Source: Clostridia bacterium (GTDB taxonomy: Bacteria > Bacillota > Clostridia > Oscillospirales > CAG-382). From it: DNA of 64,000 bases. The notes beneath the pieces were generated by a model that did no database searches, had not been told where the DNA came from, and saw nothing but the letters and a program-made list of their open reading frames with translations. The position numbers and the translations under genes were made by a program. This document shows positions 46,961-57,048 of this stretch, one piece after another (the first letter of the stretch is position 1; the number at the start of each line of letters is the position of its first letter). The stretch spans positions 291 to 64,290 of the forward strand of contig JAFQHW010000041.1 of NCBI GenBank assembly GCA_017397805.1. The letters are read 5' to 3'.

Positions 46961-47748
46961 AAAGCAACGGTCTAATCGTACTGTTGGTTATCGCTTTGGC
47001 GATTGTTATATGCTTTGCGGTCTGGACTTTTTCGGGATATGACGATTCAACGGACAAGCATTCCGACGAATCTTCGGATGATATCGGAGAACACAGCGAA
47101 GCTTTGTCTTTTGAGGATGAAAAGCAAACGATTTCTGCGGAAGAAACATCCGAAGTCACTAAACCCGAAATCAGCGAATCCTCAGAAGACGTTGCCGCTG
47201 AAGAAAGCAGCACCGTAACAAAAGAGCCGCATAGAGAATTTTTGTTAGATAAATACAAAAACACGCTTGATGAAGGCATATACAAGCTTACCATAACCAA
47301 GCAACGGCAAGTTGGCGGCTTATCTCTGCCTGTGGTAACGCGGATTTGGGTCGGTGACGGCTATATAAGCATAACGGAAGCTGAAACCCATAATATTTCC
47401 ACCGAAATTTTTATAAATAATGACGGTGCGTATTTTCTCAACACCTCTGATAATACCGCTCAACTTTTACCGACAAACGCGGTGGAGATCACTAAAATAT
47501 CACTTGACGACCTTGCTTTTATTGAGGAAGGAAGCGTAAACATTAGCTCCGTCACTTACAGTTATGAGCGTTACAAAAACGCTGACGGAGAGATTGCGGA
47601 TTTTCTGTTTTCTGACGGAGAGCTGAAAAAAGTTAAGCGATATAAAAGCGGCGACGAATACGAGCTTGTCGGGCTTGAAATAAGCGATGATATAAGCGAC
47701 GGAAGAAACACATTACCGGATAATTTAATAATTACGGATAAAAGATAA
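46957..47748 (+). CDS. Hypothetical single-pass membrane protein with an acidic linker and a C-terminal globular domain
   Basis: 263 aa. The start overlaps the upstream stop (ATGA). TM LIVLLVIALAIVICFAVW, followed by ~70 aa of D/E/S-rich sequence. Confidence 0.6.
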   Translation: MKSNGLIVLLVIALAIVICFAVWTFSGYDDSTDKHSDESSDDIGEHSEALSFEDEKQTISAEETSEVTKPEISESSEDVAAEESSTVTKEPHREFLLDKYKNTLDEGIYKLTITKQRQVGGLSLPVVTRIWVGDGYISITEAETHNISTEIFINNDGAYFLNTSDNTAQLLPTNAVEITKISLDDLAFIEEGSVNISSVTYSYERYKNADGEIADFLFSDGELKKVKRYKSGDEYELVGLEISDDISDGRNTLPDNLIITDKR

Positions 47749-47772
47749 AATAAGCAAAAACGGAGAATAATT

Positions 47773-48846
47773 ATGTTGAACAACCCACTAATAGCCTTTG
47801 CAAACTCTTACGATATGCAGATTGAAGACGAATACGCTTTCGGCAAAATCGGAAATTATTTGGTTTCCGTGTATAGCAACGGCTCGAAGAAAACGGCTCA
47901 TATAAGCTGTTGCTTACCTACAGAGGACAGCGACGAAGAAGGCGAGTTTAATACGTTTAAGCTTTCTGCCGAGATTAACAAGCTTATTGATTCGGGGATA
48001 ATCGCACTTAAAGACTTTGAGTTGCGTTGCGACGCCGTTGTTTTTTCTACCGGCGCTGAGCTTAAAGACTTTGACAAAGCAGTTACCGCCGTCACAGAAC
48101 TTTTAGCGGAAAGCGGTGTAGGCGGCACAGAATTCTGCATAGACTGCGGATGCACCGTAGGCGAAAACGCAAAGTTCGTTATCGAAGACAGCAACGCCCA
48201 CGTTATGTGTGGCAACTGTGCTGAGGTTTATTTGGAAAAGATAAGTGCCGAAAACGCCAAAAAGACCGAAAGCAAATACTTAAAAGGTACGATATTTGCA
48301 AGCTTAGGTGGATTGCTCGGACTTATTATCAGTACCTTGGCATTTTGGATTTTTATACCAACGGGTGAGTTTTTGATATTCGATTCCACACTTATACTCA
48401 GCGCCGCTTTCGGCAGTGTGATAACCGTATTATCTTTCTTGTTTTACCGCATCTTTACGGGCAGAAAATACTTGGAGCGAATACTCCCCTGCCTTTTGGT
48501 GTCTGTATTTATGTCATCTGTAGGTGTATATGCCGCATCCGTGATCTTGTACGCGAAGACGATGTCAGCGACCACCCTTTCCGCGCTCTCACGCGCCTTT
48601 TCCACCATCGCACTTTCTCCTTTTAAGGACCCCTATTTCAAAGCTGACTTTACAAGCCATATATTCTACTGTATGGTAGTGATTATTATAGTCGTTCTTA
48701 TTTACTCCATAGTCTTCGAGGACAGACGCAAGACCAACTTAAAGGTTGTGCCCTGCGCGGCTTCGGCTATAGCAGATTTCTCTTCAGAAGAGCTTAACGA
48801 AGAGCTTTCAGAAGAAGTGGAAGAGGAAGAAGCTTCCGAAGAATAG
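47773..48846 (+). CDS. Hypothetical polytopic membrane protein with a cytoplasmic zinc-ribbon-like CxxC...CxxC domain and an acidic tail
   Basis: 357 aa. CIDCGC...x20...CGNCAEVY, 4-5 TM helices, C-terminal EELNEELSEEVEEEEASEE. Confidence 0.6.
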   Translation: MLNNPLIAFANSYDMQIEDEYAFGKIGNYLVSVYSNGSKKTAHISCCLPTEDSDEEGEFNTFKLSAEINKLIDSGIIALKDFELRCDAVVFSTGAELKDFDKAVTAVTELLAESGVGGTEFCIDCGCTVGENAKFVIEDSNAHVMCGNCAEVYLEKISAENAKKTESKYLKGTIFASLGGLLGLIISTLAFWIFIPTGEFLIFDSTLILSAAFGSVITVLSFLFYRIFTGRKYLERILPCLLVSVFMSSVGVYAASVILYAKTMSATTLSALSRAFSTIALSPFKDPYFKADFTSHIFYCMVVIIIVVLIYSIVFEDRRKTNLKVVPCAASAIADFSSEELNEELSEEVEEEEASEE

Positions 48847-48902
48847 CATAATTTAAGGGCCGTTTAAGTATATTGACGTATCTTTTTGTCGGAGGGATAA
48901 GT

Positions 48903-49577
48903 ATGCGTGTATTGATTGTTGAAGATGAACAACGTATTGCTAACGCCTTGGGCAGAATGATGGAGGACTGCAAGTACGCCTGTGACGTAACATACGACGG
49001 ACTTGACGGTTATTTGTATGCCGAAAGCGGCATTTACGACGTAATTGTTTTAGACATTATGTTGCCGCGCATGAGTGGTATAGAAATAGTAAAAAGACTC
49101 AGAAGCAAAAAAATAAGCACGCCGGTGCTTATGCTGACCGCCAAAAGCGAAACCGAGGATAAGGTAAAAGGACTTGACAGCGGTGCCGACGACTATATGA
49201 CGAAGCCCTTTTCGAAAGAGGAGCTTTTGGCAAGAGTGCGGGCTTTGGCGCGCCGCCAAGGGGACGTTATTCTTGACGAGTTGACCTTTGAAGATATAAC
49301 CCTTAATCTGTCCAGCTACACCTTGAACCGCGGTGAAAAATCCATACACTTGGGACTTAAAGAGTTTGAGATTTTAAAAATACTGATGTCAAACCCCAAA
49401 GGGATAACCCAAAAAGAAGATCTTATCACCAAGGTTTGGGGATACGATTCCGATGCTGAAGACAATAACGTAGAGGTATATATCTCGTTTATTCGCAAAA
49501 AGCTAAACTTCTTGGGTACAAAAGTCGTTATAAGTACTGCCAGAAAAATCGGTTACTATTTGGAGGTCGCAACTTGA
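48903..49577 (+). CDS. OmpR-family response regulator
   Basis: ORF trimmed to MRVLIVEDE (ATG 48903, GGAGGG upstream). Receiver domain (DVIVLDIMLP, MLTAK) plus winged-helix output domain. Confidence 0.93.
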   Translation: MRVLIVEDEQRIANALGRMMEDCKYACDVTYDGLDGYLYAESGIYDVIVLDIMLPRMSGIEIVKRLRSKKISTPVLMLTAKSETEDKVKGLDSGADDYMTKPFSKEELLARVRALARRQGDVILDELTFEDITLNLSSYTLNRGEKSIHLGLKEFEILKILMSNPKGITQKEDLITKVWGYDSDAEDNNVEVYISFIRKKLNFLGTKVVISTARKIGYYLEVAT

Positions 49578-50743
49578 TTGCAAGGTTAAGGATCAAATTT
49601 TCCGTTATAATTTTGCTTATCGCAACGTTTATAATGTTTTTGGCTTTTTACAGCAATTACGCCATCATAAGGGACGCATTTTACGCCCAGAGCATGAACC
49701 TGTTAAACCATGCCGTTGAGACCGGTCATTGCGATAAAAGCAAAACGTTTTTACTTATAGTTGACTCAACCGGTATTGAACAACAAATAGGCTACGAAAG
49801 AAACGATGCAAAAGAGCTGGCGGCGATTGCTCAAAGATCAAAGGAAAACGTAGGTGAAATAAAGGATAAGGAGCTGCGATTCCTAAAAAAGGACCTTCAA
49901 AACGGCACTTTGATTGCTTTTACAAGCACTGCCGCCGAAACAACCGCCTTGGATAACATGACCAAGTATGCTACAAAAATTATAACAGCCGTAGTCATAA
50001 TTTTCTTCGGCTTAGCTCTGTTTTTAGCCTATTACACCACCAAGCCGGTAAGCGAATCCATCAAAAAGCAAAAGCAGTTGTTTGCCGATGCATCTCACGA
50101 GCTGAAGACACCCATTACCGCCATCCTTGCTTCATCGGATATTCTCCTTTCGGGTGATATTAGCGAGGATAACAGAAATTGGCTGAATGGCATAAAAACT
50201 TCTGCAGAGGATATGTCCTATTTAATAAACGATATGCTCAGCATCGCCAATTCCGACAGCGAAAAGCAAAAATTGAAGATGGAGTGTGTCGATCTTTCCG
50301 AGCTTGTAACGTCTGCGTGCCTTAACTTTGAAGCAGTGTTTTTCGAAGCAGGCAAAAGATTTGATTACGATACCGATGACGGTATCTATATTGAAGGCAA
50401 CGCAAACTCTCTTAAACAGCTTATCAAAATTTTTCTTGATAATGCCGGCAAGTACTCTAACCTTGGCGGCAACATTTTCTTGAGCTTAAAACGTCGGTAT
50501 GATAAGACTTTGCTTACTGTATACAACAGCGGCGACCCTATCCCGAACGACGAGCTGCACAAGATTTTTGAGCGATTCTACAGGGTTGACAAAGCAAGGA
50601 CGGTAAAAAACGGTTCGGGATTGGGACTTTCCATTGCAAAACGCATTGCAGAAGATCACGGAACGAGAATCGGTGTTTCAAGCAACGACAGCGGCACCTG
50701 CTTCTTTATTGAGTTCAAGAACGTAAAACCGAAGAATATATGA
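49574..50743 (+). CDS. Sensor histidine kinase (2 TM, HisKA + HATPase_c)
   Basis: 389 aa. The TTG start overlaps the RR stop (GGAGG 7 nt upstream). H-box ASHELKTPIT and G2 box GSGLGLSIAKRI. Confidence 0.9.
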   Translation: MIARLRIKFSVIILLIATFIMFLAFYSNYAIIRDAFYAQSMNLLNHAVETGHCDKSKTFLLIVDSTGIEQQIGYERNDAKELAAIAQRSKENVGEIKDKELRFLKKDLQNGTLIAFTSTAAETTALDNMTKYATKIITAVVIIFFGLALFLAYYTTKPVSESIKKQKQLFADASHELKTPITAILASSDILLSGDISEDNRNWLNGIKTSAEDMSYLINDMLSIANSDSEKQKLKMECVDLSELVTSACLNFEAVFFEAGKRFDYDTDDGIYIEGNANSLKQLIKIFLDNAGKYSNLGGNIFLSLKRRYDKTLLTVYNSGDPIPNDELHKIFERFYRVDKARTVKNGSGLGLSIAKRIAEDHGTRIGVSSNDSGTCFFIEFKNVKPKNI

Positions 50744-50747
50744 CGAC

Positions 50748-50779
50748 AAAAAAGGATGGCTATACTACCATCCTTTTTA
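50748..50779. terminator. Bidirectional terminator between the convergent HK and pfkA genes
   Basis: AAAAAAGGATGG-loop-CCATCCTTTTT symmetric hairpin with A/T runs on both sides. Confidence 0.75.
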
Positions 50780-50795
50780 ATATTGGCTTTGATGT

Positions 50796-51866
50796 TTACA
50801 AACTTACAGACTCGATAAGGTGACTTATGTACTCCTTATAGCCTTTCTTGGAAGCGATATGCTTATTCATCTCAAAAAGCATGCTGGGGGAGATTTCCTT
50901 TACCTGTTCGGGACTTAGCTTACCCTTATACAAATTATCAAGAGTTACGGAATATGACATTTCCATAGATACTATATCGTTACCTCTTGCACAGATAATA
51001 TCGTTAGTATCGCCCATAAGCAAACTGTTAACGGCTGCGGCACCCATCTGCGTTGCCAAAACTCTGTCCCTAAGAGTAGGAGAGCCGCCGCGCTGAATAT
51101 AACCCAAAATGGAAAGGCGCGTTTCTATGCCCGTTTCTTCTTCTATACGAGCCACTAAGTTAGGGCCGTAATCCTTACCCATACCCTCGCAAATTATGAT
51201 GATGAAGTTGCGTTTTCCGTTTAGGCGTGCAATCTTCATTTTTGCTATCATTGCATCGATATCAAAGGGATTTTCTTTCACGATAGCCGCGATTGCGCCT
51301 ACGGACAGAGCAGTTTGAAGGGCTATATCCCCTGCTTCTCTGCCCATAACCTCTATTACGTTACAGCGCGAATGACTTTCGCCGGTGTCACGGATTTTGT
51401 CTATCAGCTCAACTACGGTATTCATAGCAGTATCAAAACCGATCGTAACGTCGGTAGCTGCAATATCGTTATCTATAGTGCCGGGCACGCCCACGCAAGG
51501 GATGCCTTCCTCTGCCAAATCGTTGGCTCCTCTGAAGGTACCGTCACCACCGATAGCAACTATGCCGTCAATATTTTTAGCACGGCACATATCAGCCGCT
51601 TGCTTAACGCCTTCGGCAGTCTTGAATCTTTCACTTCTGGCAGTATACAACATAGTGCCGCCGCGGTTGATTATATAAGAAACGTCTCGCTCGGACAAAT
51701 TAACCATCTTGTCGTCAAGCAATCCCTTGTAGCCGTTCATGATCCCAACCACTTCAAGGTTGTGTGCAAGAGCAGTTCTTGTAACGGCACGGACTGCGGC
51801 ATTCATACCGGGAGCGTCACCGCCCGACGTTAAAACACCTATTCTTTTTATCTCTTTTTTAGCCAT
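50796..51866 (-). CDS. pfkA: ATP-dependent 6-phosphofructokinase
   Basis: 356 aa. Contains GGDAPGMNAA, and IGGDGT and PGTIDND (Gly/Gly, the ATP-type signature). ~35-aa C-terminal extension. Confidence 0.93.
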   Translation of the reverse strand: MAKKEIKRIGVLTSGGDAPGMNAAVRAVTRTALAHNLEVVGIMNGYKGLLDDKMVNLSERDVSYIINRGGTMLYTARSERFKTAEGVKQAADMCRAKNIDGIVAIGGDGTFRGANDLAEEGIPCVGVPGTIDNDIAATDVTIGFDTAMNTVVELIDKIRDTGESHSRCNVIEVMGREAGDIALQTALSVGAIAAIVKENPFDIDAMIAKMKIARLNGKRNFIIIICEGMGKDYGPNLVARIEEETGIETRLSILGYIQRGGSPTLRDRVLATQMGAAAVNSLLMGDTNDIICARGNDIVSMEMSYSVTLDNLYKGKLSPEQVKEISPSMLFEMNKHIASKKGYKEYISHLIESVSL

Positions 51867-51944
51867 AGATAAATCCCCCTTAAATTCCTATCAAAAACAA
51901 AAAAGAAAACTCAAACTATTGAATTCACTTTTTTATTTTTGATA

Positions 51945-51972
51945 CGGCGGCAGGAAATAACTCCTGCCGCCG
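51945..51972 (-). terminator. GC-rich hairpin after hydA (probable terminator)
   Basis: Perfect 10-bp stem CGGCGGCAGG/CCTGCCGCCG, 21 nt after the stop. No clean U-run on the minus strand. Confidence 0.55.
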
Positions 51973-51992
51973 ATTTTCATTAATGTGCGAGA

Positions 51993-53747
51993 TTAATACT
52001 TAGGACGAGCGATGTAACCGGTATGAAGGATTTCATGCGCCTTGTGGCTGCCGGGTTCCTTAAAGTATTCATCGTAAATTGCCTTAACGTCTTCGTTCTC
52101 GTGAGAGAGTCTAACGGGAAGCTGTCTGTCATCTTCATAAAGAGCAGCACCGCGAACGGCTCTAAGGTCAACGAAGTTACGAACAGATGCAGGCTGGATG
52201 GGCTGACCGCCGCCGTTTACACAGCCGCCGGGACAAGCCATGATTTCGATGAAGTCATAGGACTTCTCACCACTCTTAACAGATTCAAGAAGCTTCTTAG
52301 CATTGGAAAGACCGCTTGCAACTGCAACCTTGATTTCGTTGCCTGCCAAGTTGTAGGTAGCTTCCTTTATACCTTCGATACCGCGAACTTCTTTGAGCTC
52401 AACGTCAGGAAGTTCAACACCTAAAAGCTTTATAGCTGCGGTTCTGAGAGCCGCTTCCATAACGCCGCCGGTAGCACCGAAAATAGTACCTGCGCCACTG
52501 CCGAGACCGAAGGGCTTATCAAACTCTTCGTCGGGAAGCTGGTTGAACATAATACCGCACTTCTTGATCATACGAGCAAGTTCTCTTGTGGTGATAGCGG
52601 CATCAATATCGGGAAGGCCTTTAACTGCACTGTGGTCAACACGTTCTGCTTCGAACTTCTTAGCGGTACAAGGCATAACGCTTACTACGAATATATCCTT
52701 AGGATCGATACCCATCTTCTCTGCATAATAAGTCTTAGCAACGGCACCGAACATACCTTGAGGAGACTTACAGCTGGAAAGGTTGGGAATCATATCGGGA
52801 TGATAGTGCTCACAATACTTGATCCAACCGGGGGAACAAGAAGTGATAAGAGGAAGCTTTTCTCTCTTGAGGTATCTGTTAAGGAATTCTGTACCCTCTT
52901 CCATGATGGTAAGGTCAGCGCTGAAGTTGGTATCAAATACACCGTCAAAGCCAAGACGCTTCAAAGCGGCAACCATCTTACCGGTAACGATCGTGCCTAT
53001 AGGCATACCAAACTCTTCACCGAGAGCAACTCTGATAGAAGGAGCGGTCTGAACGATTACGTGTTTTGTGGGATCATTAAGAGCCGCAAATACCTTATCG
53101 GTATCGTCTCTTTCGGTAAGAGCGCCTGTAGGACAAACGTTGATACACTGACCGCAGGAAACGCAAGCTACGTCGCCCAAGTCTGCTTCGAAAGCGCAAC
53201 CGATATGGGTCTTAAAGCCTCTTTCATTTGCGCCGATAACGGCAACAGCCTGAAGCTTGGAGCAAACTGCGGAGCAACGACGGCAGAGGATACACTTATT
53301 GTTGTTTCTAATCATATGAGAAGCAGAAGCATCAATATCGTACTTCTCAACGGTACCGTCAAACTTACCCTCGTCCTCTATGCCGTACTCGTTACAAAGA
53401 GTCTGAAGCTCGCAATTGCCGGAGCGTACGCAAGAGAGACACTTTCTGTCGTGTACGGAAAGTATGAGTTTAAGCGTTGTTTTTCTGGATTCTATAACCG
53501 CAGGAGAGTTTGTGAATATTTCGGAGCCTTCTCTAAGCTCGGAAACGGGATATACGCAAGCAGCAACGAGAGATCTCGCGCCCTTGACTTCCACAACGCA
53601 GATACGGCAAGCACCGATCTCGTTTACGTCCTTGAGCCAGCAGAGTGTAGGTATATAAACACCGACAGTACGGCAAGCCTCAAGTAACGTTAAATTATTG
53701 GGAACGGAATATTCTTTACCGTTAATGATTAATTTTTTCATTTCCAT
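51993..53747 (-). CDS. hydA: [FeFe] hydrogenase catalytic subunit (HydA of a HydABC/Hnd-type complex)
   Basis: 584 aa. N-terminal 2Fe-2S and 4Fe-4S domains. Canonical H-cluster motifs TSCSPGW, MPCTAKKFE, EIMACPGGCVNGGGQP. Confidence 0.95.
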   Translation of the reverse strand: MEMKKLIINGKEYSVPNNLTLLEACRTVGVYIPTLCWLKDVNEIGACRICVVEVKGARSLVAACVYPVSELREGSEIFTNSPAVIESRKTTLKLILSVHDRKCLSCVRSGNCELQTLCNEYGIEDEGKFDGTVEKYDIDASASHMIRNNNKCILCRRCSAVCSKLQAVAVIGANERGFKTHIGCAFEADLGDVACVSCGQCINVCPTGALTERDDTDKVFAALNDPTKHVIVQTAPSIRVALGEEFGMPIGTIVTGKMVAALKRLGFDGVFDTNFSADLTIMEEGTEFLNRYLKREKLPLITSCSPGWIKYCEHYHPDMIPNLSSCKSPQGMFGAVAKTYYAEKMGIDPKDIFVVSVMPCTAKKFEAERVDHSAVKGLPDIDAAITTRELARMIKKCGIMFNQLPDEEFDKPFGLGSGAGTIFGATGGVMEAALRTAAIKLLGVELPDVELKEVRGIEGIKEATYNLAGNEIKVAVASGLSNAKKLLESVKSGEKSYDFIEIMACPGGCVNGGGQPIQPASVRNFVDLRAVRGAALYEDDRQLPVRLSHENEDVKAIYDEYFKEPGSHKAHEILHTGYIARPKY

Positions 53748-53760
53748 TATCCGTATCCTC

Positions 53761-55548
53761 CTACATCTTAACTATTGCGCCGAACTTACAAGTTTCGATA
53801 CAAGCGCCGCACTTGATACACTTAGCGGTATCAATGCTGTGAACCTGCTTAACCGCACCGGAGATAGCACCTACGGGGCACTTTCTTGCACAAGCGGTAC
53901 AACCCTTACACTTATCTGCGATAATAACGTAGGAAAGCAGATCCTTACATACACCGGAGGGGCACTTCTTATCAACTACGTGTGCTACGTACTCATCACG
54001 GAAGTGACGAAGAGTAGAAAGCACGGGGTTAGGAGCTGTCTGACCAAGACCGCAGAGAGAGTTGTTCTTGATGTAGTAGCAAAGCTTTTCCATCTCGTCC
54101 AAATCTTCAAGGGTGCCGTTGCCGGAAGTAATCTTTTCAAGCATTTCGTAAAGACGCTTTGTACCGATACGGCAAGGTGTACATTTACCGCAGGATTCAT
54201 CAACGGTAAATTCAAGGAAGAATTTAGCTATATCAACCATACAGTTGTCTTCATCCATTACGATAAGACCACCGGAGCCCATCATTGCGCCAAGCTCTAT
54301 AAGGGTGTTATAGTCAATTGCAACATCGAGGTGTTCAGAAGGGATACAACCGCCGGAAGGACCGCCAATCTGAGCTGCCTTAAACTTCTTGCCGTTGGGA
54401 ATGCCGCCGCCGATCTCTTCAATAACGGTGCGGAGAGGAGTACCGATGGGAACTTCTACAAGAACGGTATTGTTTATCTTACCGCCGAGAGCAAATACCT
54501 TTGTACCGTGGCTGCCCTCGTTACCGATAGACTTAAACCATTCAGCACCGTTGTTGATAATTTGAGCTATGTTAGCATAGGTTTCAACGTTGTTGAGGAT
54601 GGTAGGCTTCTGGAACAAGCCCTTGAGTGCAGGAAAAGGAGGACGAGGTCTGGGCTCGCCGCGCTTACCTTCGATAGAAGTCATAAGTGCTGTTTCCTCA
54701 CCGCAAACGAATGCGCCTGCGCCAAGTCTTATGCCTATATCAAAATCGAAGCCCTTGCCGAAAATATTCTTACCGAGAAGGCCGTATTCTCTTGCCTGCT
54801 TTATAGCTATCTCAAGTCTTTCAACAGCTATGGGATACTCAGCTCTTATGTAGATATAACCCTGGTTTGCGCCGATAGCATAGCCTGCGATAGCCATTGC
54901 TTCAAGTACTGCATGGGGGTCGCCTTCCAAGATGGAACGGTCCATAAACGCACCGGGGTCACCTTCGTCTGCGTTACAGCAAACGTACTTCTGGTCAGCC
55001 TGATTTGCTGCAGCAAACTTCCACTTAAGACCTGTGGGGAAGCCGGCTCCGCCTCTGCCGCGAAGACCACTGTCCAAAACGATATCGATTACCTGTTGGG
55101 GAGTATATTCATCAAGACACTTTGCAAGTGCTGCGTAACCGTCGTAAGCGATATACTCATCAATAGATTCGGGATTGATTACACCGCAGTTGCGAAGAGC
55201 AACTCTCATTTGCTTACGGTAGAAATCGGTATGATTGAGGGACTTAATGGAATCGCCTTCAACGGTCTCCTTATAAAGCAATCTCTTAACAGGTCTACCC
55301 TTAATAAGATGCTCGTTAACGATCTCTTCCATATCCTCAGGCTTAACTTCGGAATAGAAGCAACCTTCGGGATAAACTATCATAATAGGGCCGATTGCAC
55401 AAAGACCGAAGCAACCGGTTTTTATTATCTTTATTTCCTCTTCGAGGGCGTTCTTTTTAAGCTCCGCTTCAAGAGCTTCTATAACTGCGCCGCTGCCGGA
55501 AGAAGTACAACCGGTACCGCCGCAGATAAGTATATGTGAACGATACAT
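53761..55548 (-). CDS. hydB: NuoF-like flavoprotein subunit of the bifurcating-type hydrogenase (FMN/NAD(H), Fe-S)
   Basis: 595 aa. Thioredoxin-like N-terminal 2Fe-2S domain, NuoF core (GRGGAGFPTG), C-terminal 2x[4Fe-4S] (CKGCTACARKCP, CIKCGACIETC). Confidence 0.93.
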   Translation of the reverse strand: MYRSHILICGGTGCTSSGSGAVIEALEAELKKNALEEEIKIIKTGCFGLCAIGPIMIVYPEGCFYSEVKPEDMEEIVNEHLIKGRPVKRLLYKETVEGDSIKSLNHTDFYRKQMRVALRNCGVINPESIDEYIAYDGYAALAKCLDEYTPQQVIDIVLDSGLRGRGGAGFPTGLKWKFAAANQADQKYVCCNADEGDPGAFMDRSILEGDPHAVLEAMAIAGYAIGANQGYIYIRAEYPIAVERLEIAIKQAREYGLLGKNIFGKGFDFDIGIRLGAGAFVCGEETALMTSIEGKRGEPRPRPPFPALKGLFQKPTILNNVETYANIAQIINNGAEWFKSIGNEGSHGTKVFALGGKINNTVLVEVPIGTPLRTVIEEIGGGIPNGKKFKAAQIGGPSGGCIPSEHLDVAIDYNTLIELGAMMGSGGLIVMDEDNCMVDIAKFFLEFTVDESCGKCTPCRIGTKRLYEMLEKITSGNGTLEDLDEMEKLCYYIKNNSLCGLGQTAPNPVLSTLRHFRDEYVAHVVDKKCPSGVCKDLLSYVIIADKCKGCTACARKCPVGAISGAVKQVHSIDTAKCIKCGACIETCKFGAIVKM

Positions 55549-55563
55549 TATTTTCGCTCCTCC

Positions 55564-55935
55564 TTATAATTTAGACTGACCGATGGTATACTCATCAACT
55601 ACGTTGCCGTTAACGAGATGCTCGTTAACAACTCTTGCAACCTTATCGGGGGTCATCTTAACGTAAGTAACCTTTTCTTCGTTACCAACGTAAACCTCAA
55701 CTACGGGCTCGTACTGACAAATGCCGATACAACCGGTTTGAGAAATAGCAACGTTGTTAAGACCGCGTCTTGCGATTTCATCCGTGAAAGCCTTCATAAC
55801 GGGCTTTGCACCTGCGGCAATACCGCAAGTTGCCATGCCTATAACTACTCTTGCAGAAGCATTGTCATCATTTCTTATGCCCATTTTGCTTTGCATTTTT
55901 TCTTTTAAAGCCTTAAGTTCTTCCAAACTTTTCAT
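55564..55935 (-). CDS. Thioredoxin-like (2Fe-2S) ferredoxin domain protein (HndB-like)
   Basis: 123 aa, ...VIGMATCGIAAGA...TGCIGICQYEPVV..., located between the GHKL ATPase and hydB. Confidence 0.8.
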   Translation of the reverse strand: MKSLEELKALKEKMQSKMGIRNDDNASARVVIGMATCGIAAGAKPVMKAFTDEIARRGLNNVAISQTGCIGICQYEPVVEVYVGNEEKVTYVKMTPDKVARVVNEHLVNGNVVDEYTIGQSKL

Positions 55936-55959
55936 TTCTACAAATCCTTTCAGAATAAT

Positions 55960-56496
55960 TCAATGGTTTGAGTTTTCTTTGAGATATTCTTCAACAAAGG
56001 CCGCAACGGCAGGCTCGTTAAGAGCAATATCCTCTCCCAAAATCTCACGCACCTCCATGGTGGTAAAGATAAATTCTTTATCATCTTTGACGGAAGTAAA
56101 TTTAAAATCAATATCAGGATTAAGGGTGACAAGGCATGATATTGTGGAACAAATATCGCCAAGAGGCATACAGTCTATACTGTCCGTATGATACTCGGCC
56201 CTCACCAAGGTGCCTTTGCCTACTTGTGATTCGATAAGAAAGCTACCGCCCGTTTGCTCAGCCGTTTGCTTTAAAAACGGAAGACCTAACCCAACTTTTC
56301 TCGTGGTGCGTGTGGTAAAAAACGGATCACACACATTCCTTACGGTGTCTTCATCCATCCCGCATCCGTTATCTTTGATTGATAAAACCAACAAAGCTCT
56401 TTTGGTATCCTCTATTGCGGATATTTCAATAAGCTTCGCACCTGCGGAAACGGAGTTTTGCGCTACATCCAAAATATTCAAAGAAAGTTCGTGCAT
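55960..56496 (-). CDS. Stand-alone GHKL/HATPase_c ATP-binding protein embedded in the hydrogenase operon
   Basis: 178 aa. N box LNILDVAQNS, G1 DNGCGM, G2 GLGLPF. No DHp/His phosphoacceptor region. Confidence 0.8.
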   Translation of the reverse strand: MHELSLNILDVAQNSVSAGAKLIEISAIEDTKRALLVLSIKDNGCGMDEDTVRNVCDPFFTTRTTRKVGLGLPFLKQTAEQTGGSFLIESQVGKGTLVRAEYHTDSIDCMPLGDICSTISCLVTLNPDIDFKFTSVKDDKEFIFTTMEVREILGEDIALNEPAVAAFVEEYLKENSNH

Positions 56497-56499
56497 AGT

Positions 56500-56991
56500 T
56501 TAATACTTAGCAAGAATATCGTCCAGATCCTTAACGGTAAGTCTGCCGTAAACGTCCTCGTTGATAGTGATAACGGGAGCAAGACCGCAAGCGCCTACGC
56601 AACGGCAAGCTTCAAGAGAGAACTTACCATCGGGAGTGCAACCACCGCCGGAGATACCAAGCTTCTGCTGAAGTGAATCGTACAAATCGCCGGCACCTTT
56701 TACGTAGCATGCAGTACCAAGGCAAACGGAAATTCTGTAGTCGCCCTTGGGATTAATCGAGAAGAGAGAATAGAACGTTACTACGCCGTAAACCTCTTCC
56801 AGCGGCACGTTAAGACCTTCTGCTACATCAATCTGAACCTCAAGAGGCAGATATCCGTAAATCTCTTGTGCCTTTTTAAGCACTTGAACAAGTGCACCGG
56901 GAACATCCTTGTACTCCTCAATAATGGCACAAAGCTGTTCTTTCTGCTCAGGTGTGCCCTTGAAAGGCAATGTCTCGAGCTTGTTCTTCAT
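56500..56991 (-). CDS. hydC: NuoE-like [2Fe-2S] subunit of the hydrogenase
   Basis: 163 aa. CLGTACYVKG...CRCVGACGLAPV cluster motifs. Confidence 0.92.
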   Translation of the reverse strand: MKNKLETLPFKGTPEQKEQLCAIIEEYKDVPGALVQVLKKAQEIYGYLPLEVQIDVAEGLNVPLEEVYGVVTFYSLFSINPKGDYRISVCLGTACYVKGAGDLYDSLQQKLGISGGGCTPDGKFSLEACRCVGACGLAPVITINEDVYGRLTVKDLDDILAKY

Positions 56992-57048
56992 TGGTGTTAA
57001 AACCTCCTTAAAGCATATATTTGAATTTTGCTTTTTTCTAACCAGTTA

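Noticed and set aside
46551-47300. A 249-aa minus-strand ORF antisense to the acidic-tail genes. Other out-of-frame ORFs inside real genes include 32592..33035, 33637..33819 and 51980..52171.
   Set aside because: - They are antisense or out of frame to better-supported genes.
- Their composition is an artefact of GAA/GAT-rich sense codons, which read as Ser/Leu/Phe-rich antisense.
- They have no RBS.
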